DNA of 38,798 nucleotides. Origin: a virus. A program made the translations under genes and the position numbers. The notes under the pieces were generated by a model, which had not been told where the DNA came from, ran no database searches, and was given only the letters and a program-made list of their open reading frames with translations. Each line of letters opens with the position of its first letter. The stretch's first letter is position 1. The DNA is taken from positions 1 to 38,798 of IMG/VR virus record IMGVR_UViG_3300045988_016398; one strand, given 5' to 3'. This document shows positions 1 through 7,700 of this stretch, one piece after another.

Positions 1-141
1 ATGTAAGGAATTACAAACCGCTACAAAGCAGTCCTTCGACTGCTCCGAGTGTGATTTTAACCCACCACGCCTATTATTCGGCTCAAAACAGGCTTTGCGT
101 TTGTATAACCTATCACGCAGTCAAAGAAATTACCACTCTGG
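1..141. repeat. Terminal direct repeat, copy 1 (identical to 38658..38798)
   Basis: Base-by-base comparison shows that the first 141 nt equal the last 141 nt. The repeat is bounded by the window ends. Confidence 0.95.
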
Positions 142-280
142 CGGACTAGCCGGGTTTGATTATCCGGCTATACGTACAGTGGCTGAGATTAATAACATTA
201 ATCTAAATCCGATGTTATTTAGTCTTATGTGGATATTGGAGGGATTAGAAATGGAGGCGATGAATAAGGATGTCGAATAA
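2..280 (+). CDS. 3' part of the tail assembly chaperone T-frame ORF (5' part lies at 38626..38798; wraps across the contig junction)
   Basis: The frame is continuous through the terminal repeat. The ORF track shows only M at 95, but the frame is open from nt 2. The stop at 278-280 overlaps the tape measure start at 270. Confidence 0.7.
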   Translation, partial: CKELQTATKQSFDCSECDFNPPRLLFGSKQALRLYNLSRSQRNYHSGGLAGFDYPAIRTVAEINNINLNPMLFSLMWILEGLEMEAMNKDVE

Positions 281-3200
281 CGTAGTAGATATCGTAGTGC
301 AACTGACCGATAAGAATGCAAAAGCCGGTTTAGAGAAAATCGCCGCTACCTCTAAGGGAACAGTTGCAGAGCTTTCAAAATTAAAGAATGAAATGTTTGC
401 CATTGGTGCGAGTGCCGGTCTTGCCGGTCTAGGTTCAAAACTCGCTAAAGAGGCACTAGCTTGGAACTTATCAGTAAAGAAGATGCAATCCTTAACAGGT
501 GCTACTGCTGAACAAGCTAGTACATTCCTCTCCGTTGCGAACTATATGGGTGTAGCTACTGACGTTAGTACTGTAGCGTTCGCAAAATTTGCAAAGGCTG
601 TATCTAACGCACAAGATAAAATGCAAGTTGCATCCGCAGAAGGTAAACTAGCTACTGACATGTTCAGCCGGCTAGGCGTTAGCATTGATCAGATTGAGGG
701 TAAGAATACCCTTGAAGTGTTCAAAATCATTCAAGACCGATTAAGGAACATGAAGGACGGTGCTGAAAAGACACGAGTTGAGATGGAGTTATTCGGTAAA
801 ACCGGATACCAACTTCACGGAATGCTGAATATGTCAGCAGATGCCATGAAGCAAGTCGAGGACCGTGCAAGAGCTATGGGGCTCATCATTGATGATGAAG
901 CTGCTAAAAAGTCCGCTGCCTTTAATCGTCAGTTGAAAGATATGGAACAGACAGGCAAGCGATTGGCTATTATGATTGGCCAAGAACTTTTACCGGTGGT
1001 TATGGAATATGCACAAGGTGCAATCGATTTAACGAAGTCTTATAGTAATTTAGCTACAGAGCAAAAGGAAGCTATCTCAGGCCTTATCAAATTCGGCTTA
1101 GAAGCTAGTATAGCAATCACGGGAATTCAATCCATTACAAGTGCATTGAAGTTTATGAGATTGGCTACAATAGCGGCCGCAGGTCCTTGGCTTGCATTAG
1201 CAACCGCTATCGGCTTAGCCGGTAAGGCACTATTAGATTATCGCTATAAGGAACAAACCAAAGGCACAGACCTCGGCGTTGATGTTAACGGTCTTAGAGC
1301 TCATAAGAACTTAAATACGCCTGGTACTAACTCCGCTTACATGGCTAACCATGATGGGCGGTACTGGGTTGAGGATAGTTCACTCTTTGGACTCATCAAG
1401 AACGATCGCTTGGCAACGAAAGAAGAAGGGGCTCAAATCGACGCTGCTATTAAGGCTAAGGAAGCGGCAGATGCTGCGAAGAAGAAAGCCGAAGAGGAGC
1501 AAGAGAAACTTCAAAAAGAAATCGACGATGCTAAGAACGGTCTTACTAATAATGAGGCTATCAATAAGGCGAATGAAGAAGCTAGTAAAGCCGCTAAAGC
1601 GCAAGAGGCAGCGGCCAAGAAAGCAGAGCAAGCAGCTGAAAAACTAGCAAGTTCTGTAGAACGACTTAATGAACTTATTCGTAGCCTTACACTTCAATCT
1701 TTAGAGATTGATGGCAGTCAATATGAAATCGACAAGCTCAACGCTAAGAACCAATACGAAACGAATAATAAGAACATCCGTGAGATTATTCGTTCTGCAG
1801 CCGGCTTAAATGGTGGCGGTGGTACTGGCCAAGCATCAAGTGTACTAGATGCCGCTAATGCTCAATTGGGCAAGAAGTACGTATTAGGTGCAGAAGGTGA
1901 TTGGGCTACAGATTGTGGCAAACTATTTGCCGATAGCATTAGAGAATCGTTTGGTATTAGCACTCCTAGATATGTGCCTGATATTATGCGTGATGCTAGA
2001 GCTGTAGGTGCATGGCATGATGTAGGCGACGGATACGTGCCTAAAGCAGGTGATGGTGTAGTTGTACTTGGCGATAACCATGTAGTTATTGCTGATGGTA
2101 ATGGTGGCTATACTGGCGCAAACTCTCATGGACCTGGTGGCGTGGGACCTGGACAAGTACTTCAATCTAGCTCTATTGAAGGTGACTTTGGAACTGCAAC
2201 AGGCTATGTAGATACAGCACTATATGCAAAAGCGTATGGAGGTAATGTTGGCGGCGGATGGGGTAGCTCAGTCGATGCCTTAAAAAATGCTAATGCTAAA
2301 GCGTTGGCTAATTCCAACCTAGTAGCAGAAGCTAAGGCTAAGAATGAGGAAGTATATCAAAAGAAACTCGAAGAAGCTGACCGTAATCAAAAAATACGTG
2401 TACGCAAGATGAACGAGGAAATCTCAAAACTTGACCTTGAACGCACAGGCGATCGCTTGCAATTACTCAAGACGGAAGCCGAAGCTCAAAAGGCTCAAAT
2501 TGACGATAACGTTCGTGAGTACACAAAAGCAGTAGGCGATAAGACATTAGCTGAAAAGAGAGCTAATGCCGAGAAGCTAAAGATTACTGCTGAGACTAAC
2601 CAGAAGATTCGTGAGTTAGCATATACGCAACTCAACGAGGATTCTGAACGTCAATCTAACTTAGTAAGGCTTGGACGGATATCTCAATCGGATGCAGACC
2701 AAGTACTTAATGAACAGTTGCGAGCATACATCGAATTCGCTCAACGAGAACTTAATGAAGCTCAGTTAAGCGCTACTCAACGCTTACAAGTAGAAAAGAA
2801 CCTCGTTGAAGCGCAGCAAAAGCTATGGGAAATAGCCGGACGTAACTTGCGTACTAGCCTAGCAGAAGGTGCTAGACAGTATAGTTTAGAGGTAGTGAAC
2901 TATGGCGACCTAGCTAAGTCTACCTTTGATAGTACGATGAGCAGTATTAACTCCTCATTTACTAGTCACTTGGAAGCAATGGCTACAGGTACTGAGTCTT
3001 TCGGTAAGGGACTAAAGAATATCTTTAAGGATATTACAAATAGCATTATTAAAATGCTTGTTAACCTTTCATTCCAACAGTATGTACAACCTAAGCTACA
3101 AAGCCTATTCGGTGGAGTGGTAAGCGGTATCGGTGCTATTGGCGCCGGTCGTGGCGGTGTATCTTCGTTTGCAAGTGGCGGTTCTTTCAGTTCAGCATTT

Positions 3201-3521
3201 ACAGGCAACAGCTTTGGTAAGTTTGCAAGCGGTGGTATTGCTCCTGCAGGCATGACATTAGTTGGTGAGAATGGTCCAGAGCTCTTACAGTTCAACTCTT
3301 CTCATCGCATTTACAATGCAAGCCAAACACGTAAGATGATTGGCGGTGAAGGAGCTAATAAAGTAACGGTTAACATCATCAATCAATCTGGCCAACAACT
3401 GGATAGCCAACAGCAAGAAACTAAGTTCGATGGCGAACAAATGATAGTTGATGTAGTAGTATCTAGTCTTATGACAAACAAAGGAGGTATGCGTGATGCC
3501 ATTAAGGCAGCCGCAGTATAG
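270..3521 (+). CDS. Tail tape measure protein with an embedded NlpC/P60-like peptidoglycan hydrolase domain
   Basis: A 1083-aa ORF lies directly after the G/T chaperone pair. It has long Ala/Lys/Glu-rich coiled-coil stretches and a Gly-rich C-terminus. An internal block reads GKKYVLGAEGDWATDCGKLF...GDGVVVLGDNHVVIADGNG (Cys/His pattern). Confidence 0.9.
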   Translation: MSNNVVDIVVQLTDKNAKAGLEKIAATSKGTVAELSKLKNEMFAIGASAGLAGLGSKLAKEALAWNLSVKKMQSLTGATAEQASTFLSVANYMGVATDVSTVAFAKFAKAVSNAQDKMQVASAEGKLATDMFSRLGVSIDQIEGKNTLEVFKIIQDRLRNMKDGAEKTRVEMELFGKTGYQLHGMLNMSADAMKQVEDRARAMGLIIDDEAAKKSAAFNRQLKDMEQTGKRLAIMIGQELLPVVMEYAQGAIDLTKSYSNLATEQKEAISGLIKFGLEASIAITGIQSITSALKFMRLATIAAAGPWLALATAIGLAGKALLDYRYKEQTKGTDLGVDVNGLRAHKNLNTPGTNSAYMANHDGRYWVEDSSLFGLIKNDRLATKEEGAQIDAAIKAKEAADAAKKKAEEEQEKLQKEIDDAKNGLTNNEAINKANEEASKAAKAQEAAAKKAEQAAEKLASSVERLNELIRSLTLQSLEIDGSQYEIDKLNAKNQYETNNKNIREIIRSAAGLNGGGGTGQASSVLDAANAQLGKKYVLGAEGDWATDCGKLFADSIRESFGISTPRYVPDIMRDARAVGAWHDVGDGYVPKAGDGVVVLGDNHVVIADGNGGYTGANSHGPGGVGPGQVLQSSSIEGDFGTATGYVDTALYAKAYGGNVGGGWGSSVDALKNANAKALANSNLVAEAKAKNEEVYQKKLEEADRNQKIRVRKMNEEISKLDLERTGDRLQLLKTEAEAQKAQIDDNVREYTKAVGDKTLAEKRANAEKLKITAETNQKIRELAYTQLNEDSERQSNLVRLGRISQSDADQVLNEQLRAYIEFAQRELNEAQLSATQRLQVEKNLVEAQQKLWEIAGRNLRTSLAEGARQYSLEVVNYGDLAKSTFDSTMSSINSSFTSHLEAMATGTESFGKGLKNIFKDITNSIIKMLVNLSFQQYVQPKLQSLFGGVVSGIGAIGAGRGGVSSFASGGSFSSAFTGNSFGKFASGGIAPAGMTLVGENGPELLQFNSSHRIYNASQTRKMIGGEGANKVTVNIINQSGQQLDSQQQETKFDGEQMIVDVVVSSLMTNKGGMRDAIKAAAV

Positions 3522-3524
3522 CGT

Positions 3525-3857
3525 ATGTTAGAATTCCCAAACATAAGATATCCGATATACCCTATCGATGAAACAACGCCTGATGTAAGTCGTAAGGCTC
3601 AGGTAGAAAACATGACGATGTTAACGCATCGTAAGACTACGAAAGCGTTACGATCGTATTCAGTAAATTACAAGATACCGACTTCGGAATATATCAAGCT
3701 AAGGAATTTCTTTGACCAGGTTAATACTGCAGAGATATTCCTTTGGACACATCCGGAGACACGAGCGAAGGTAAGAGTAAGGTTTGCGGACCAACTGCAC
3801 TTCTCCGCTAGTGATTATGGTATATGGAATGGTTCTATTCAATTACAGGAGGCTTAG
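3525..3857 (+). CDS. Minor tail protein (lambda gpM-like by position and size)
   Basis: A 110-aa ORF immediately follows the tape measure, matching the lambda H-M-L-K-I-J order. No motif was recognised. Confidence 0.5.
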   Translation: MLEFPNIRYPIYPIDETTPDVSRKAQVENMTMLTHRKTTKALRSYSVNYKIPTSEYIKLRNFFDQVNTAEIFLWTHPETRAKVRVRFADQLHFSASDYGIWNGSIQLQEA

Positions 3858-4466
3858 ATGTTAACGTTATCGACTGCATCAATCATCGAAAAGAATAAGA
3901 TATCCTCCACTGGAGCATGGGTAATGGCTATTGAACTTCACCATCCGGAAGGGAATATCCTCCTTGTGAATAACACCGAGGACTTAACCTTAGCGGGTAA
4001 GCAGTATACGGCGTTCCCATTCAAGCTAGAGGATATTAACGAGGACACTAAGCAGATGCCTAACGTTAAACTCTCCGTAGCGAACGTGACCGGTACGATC
4101 CAACGGTTAGTAGAAAAGAATAAAGGCCTCACAGATTGTGAGGTCAATATTCGTATCTTCAATACTAACCTACCGGACGTTATTGAACTTGAAGAAACGT
4201 TTATCATTAATGCGTCCCAATCTAAAGCAGACTGGGTAGTGTTCACGTTAGGCACAGACTTTTCATTCTCTCGTAGGTTCCCACCTGTTAGGGTAATGAA
4301 AGACTACTGTCCTTTCAAATTTAAGTCTGTAGAGTGCGGTTACAAAGGTTACGCACAATCATGCAACAAAACTCTAAAACGCTGTCGTGAGTTAAATAAC
4401 AGCGTTAGATTTGGCGGTGAGCCAACGATACCACAAGGGGGCTTATATGCGTCTAACTCTAAATAA
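3858..4466 (+). CDS. Minor tail protein (lambda gpL-like) with a C-terminal Cys cluster
   Basis: Synteny supports the call. A CAGGAGG RBS precedes the ATG. The C-terminal motif is C-x8-C-x8-C-x6-C (YCPFKFKSVECGYKGYAQSCNKTLKRC), reminiscent of the Fe-S cluster ligands of gpL. Confidence 0.6.
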   Translation: MLTLSTASIIEKNKISSTGAWVMAIELHHPEGNILLVNNTEDLTLAGKQYTAFPFKLEDINEDTKQMPNVKLSVANVTGTIQRLVEKNKGLTDCEVNIRIFNTNLPDVIELEETFIINASQSKADWVVFTLGTDFSFSRRFPPVRVMKDYCPFKFKSVECGYKGYAQSCNKTLKRCRELNNSVRFGGEPTIPQGGLYASNSK

Positions 4467-4788
4467 CCTAGTAGGTACTCCGTGGAAAGAGTTGCCTTGT
4501 TGGGAGCTTGTGGTAGAGGTGTACAAGAGAGCGGATATTCAACTAGGCCCATATATGACATATTGGCCAGATATGAACTCTCCCTGGCACGAAGTCAAGG
4601 AGCCGGAAGTAGGGGACATAATTGTCATGAACCTCTACGGTAATAATGCTGATCATATCGCAGTGTATGTAGGCGAAGGTAAGATGATACATTCTACCGA
4701 ATATGCGGGTGTGTGTATCGTACCAATGGACAGATTAAGAAAACGTATATTAGGAGTGTACAGGCACAAGGAGGCTCAAAATGATTAG
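4447..4788 (+). CDS. Tail tip NlpC/P60-domain protein (lambda gpK-like, lacking the MPN half)
   Basis: The sequence contains WKELPCWELVVEVY...GDIIVMNLYGNNADHIAVYVGEGKMIHS (Cys/His NlpC/P60 pattern). The preferred start is ATG 4447 with a GGGGG RBS. The track ORF begins at 4411. Confidence 0.6.
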   Translation: MRLTLNNLVGTPWKELPCWELVVEVYKRADIQLGPYMTYWPDMNSPWHEVKEPEVGDIIVMNLYGNNADHIAVYVGEGKMIHSTEYAGVCIVPMDRLRKRILGVYRHKEAQND

Positions 4789-7700
4789 ATTAGTAATTGC
4801 TCGAAACCCATTCGACCTTACCACTAGACAAGAGACTCTTGTCCCTTTTGTTAAAGGTAAGACACTCAACCAATATTTCACTGAACCAGGTGAATGGGTG
4901 TACTCCATAAATGGTGAGTTAGTAGATGATACCGCATCACCTACAGACGAAGCCTATGTAGTGGTATTACCTAAACTTGAAAAACAAGCATTCGCTATCT
5001 TGTTATCTATTGGTCTATCGATAGCGACTGCCGGTATCGCCTCAGGGGCGATATTCGGTATTACAAGCGTATTAGGTCGTACGTTAGCAGCAATGGCCAT
5101 AGGTATGATTGGTAATGCGATCATATCTAAAATAGCTACACCTAAGACAGATAGCTCTAATACAGAGCAGTCAGCTACCTATGGGTGGCAAGGTGCACAG
5201 ACTGTTATTGGCCAAGGTCATCCTTTAGCTATTACCTACGGTAAGTGTAAAAGTGCGGGTATGCTTATATCTCGCCATGTGACAAGTGACGGTGAAAAAC
5301 AATATCTTAACCTATTATACTGTGCGGGTGAGGGGCCTATTGACGCTATAACGGACGTTAAATTAAATGGTAACCCTATCGGTAACTATAAGGAAGTTCA
5401 ACTCGATGTAAGACTAGGTACGAACGACCAAGAGATTATCCCTAATTTCAATGATAACTATGCTGACCAACCTTTGACGTATGAGCTTACCAACGACTGG
5501 TCAATTCATCAAACGCAAGGTAACTTATCTACTGCACTAGAGGTTACTATATCACTTCCTAACGGCTTGTATTACTCAAATGACCAGGGCGGATTAAGTG
5601 AAACCTCGGTCACTATTGAAGGTGGCTATCGTAAAGTTGGCTCTGCAGAGTGGATACCATTACCGATTAGTAACAATGGTGGCCAAAGTGCCATGCTTGA
5701 AAAGACAGATAATCGCTGGTTTAAACGCAATAGTCATTCAAGAACGTCTATCGATAATAGTCAATATACTGGCGTTATCAAGGATAGTTCAAATAAAGCC
5801 ATCTATCGTGTGTTCCGGTTCGATGTAAAGGAACCAGGGCAATATGAAGTCCGTATGCGATGTGCACATAAGGACGGTAATTCTAACCGCCATGTGAACA
5901 AAGTATATTGGTCGCAGTTAACTCAGATTGTCTATGATGATTTCATTCATCCTGGTAAGGTTCTTATCGGTATTAAAGCATTAGCTACTGACCAATTAAA
6001 TGGTAATGATCCAAACGTAACATGGATACAAGAGCGTAAAACAGTATGGGTATTTAATACCTACACTGGGGCGTATGAGTCTAAACCGGCTAATAACCCG
6101 GCGTGGGCTTGCTACGATATTCTTCATCATTGCCGTAAGATTGGCGATGAGTATGTAGTCAAAGGCGCTCCTCGTGAACGCTTCGTATATGACGCATTTA
6201 AGGCGTGGGCCGATAAGTGCGATGAAAAGCATATTACATTTAACTACATTTACGATAATGCTAGCCAAGTATGGGATGCACTTAAATACGCTGAGAATGT
6301 AGGTAGAGGTAAAGTAATACCTTTAGGTACTCGATTCAGTTGTATTTACGACTATGCGGCTACACCTACTCAGCTATTTACTGTAGGTAATATCAAGATG
6401 GACTCATTCATGGAAGAGTTCCAGGCTACATCATCTAGGGCAAACGCTATCGAGGTATCATTCCTCAATAAAGCTAAAGACTATGAGCGTGACGTGCTTC
6501 CTGTATTTAGTGAAGAGTATGACGTGACTACATCGCTCACCAGTCCTGCGCAAGTCGAACTCATGGGATGTGTGGATGTAGATCAAGCCTACAATTATGC
6601 TAAACACTACCTAAGAGCGAATAAGTACGAGGTGCGTACTTGTACCTTTGAAGCTTTTACAGACGCCATAGCGTGCACGATAGGGGATGTAATCCTGTTA
6701 CAGCATGATGTGACAGACTGGGGACAAGGTGGCCGTGTAGAGTCTGCTGTAGGTAATAAAGTAACTCTTGATAGAGAGGTTACTTTTGAGCAAGGCAAGA
6801 CCTATCGCCTTATGGTGCGTAACGCTAAAACGGATGCATTAGAGTCTTACAACGTAACTGGCGTGACCGGTAAGACCTTAACGCTTGCTAGTAATGCAGT
6901 TATTCAGACAGACGATTTATATACCTATGGTGAGGCAACCAAGGAAGCTAAACCGTTTAGGGTATTATCCATTAGCAAGTCCAACTCTGAAATGACTCGT
7001 AAGATATCCTGTATCGAATACTACCCTGAGTTGTATGCCGGTGATGATGGATCAGTGCCAATCATCGACTACACAACAAAGTCCGATGTAATTAAGGTTA
7101 TTAACTTAGTGCTCTTAGCTGACGTCAAGACATTAAAAGACGGTACTGTACTTTGTGATATCAATGGTACTTGGCAACTGCCACGGGGTAAGGTGGCCAA
7201 AAATATTATCGTGTATTACAAGCCTGTTACCGCTAAAGAGTGGCAACAGTTCAAAGTACTAGATGGCAGTGCTACTAGCGTAACTATTCCAAGTGTAGCT
7301 ACTGACGTTAACTACGACGTTAAGATTGTATGCACCAATAATACTGGTGCTGCGTATGAAGGAGTAGAGCGTGCAGTGTATGTAAGTGGTAAGGAAATAC
7401 CCCCGGCTACACCTAAAGGCTTTAAGGTAACTCAGGACGCAGTAAATAGTAGTGTACTTCATTTATCATGGGAACCTAATACAGAGGCTGACCTACATGG
7501 ATACACACTATATGATGGCAACGATGTAGTGTTAATTAAGCATATAGGCGGTACATCCTACTCATACTTCATTCCTAATACAGGTAATTACCAATTCAAG
7601 CTATCTGCTATTGATACATCTGGTAATGAAAGTGGTAAGGCTGAAGCTCGTATTACTGCGAGTGTATCCGCTGAGAGTGTTGCTACACCTAAAGCACCGG

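Noticed and set aside
1-141. Terminal repeat as genuine direct terminal repeats of the virion DNA
   Set aside because: The repeat is cut exactly by the window ends and interrupts a gene. Its length equals a common assembler k-mer, and the terminase and portal are of the cos type. An assembly overlap of a circular sequence is more parsimonious, although this is not proven.
1351-1647. 98-aa plus-strand ORF and an 83-aa minus-strand ORF (1380..1631) inside the tape measure gene
   Set aside because: They lie in the T-poor Lys/Glu/Ala-rich coiled-coil segment, where stop codons are rare in all frames. The products are low-complexity basic repeats and there is no RBS. They are shadow ORFs.
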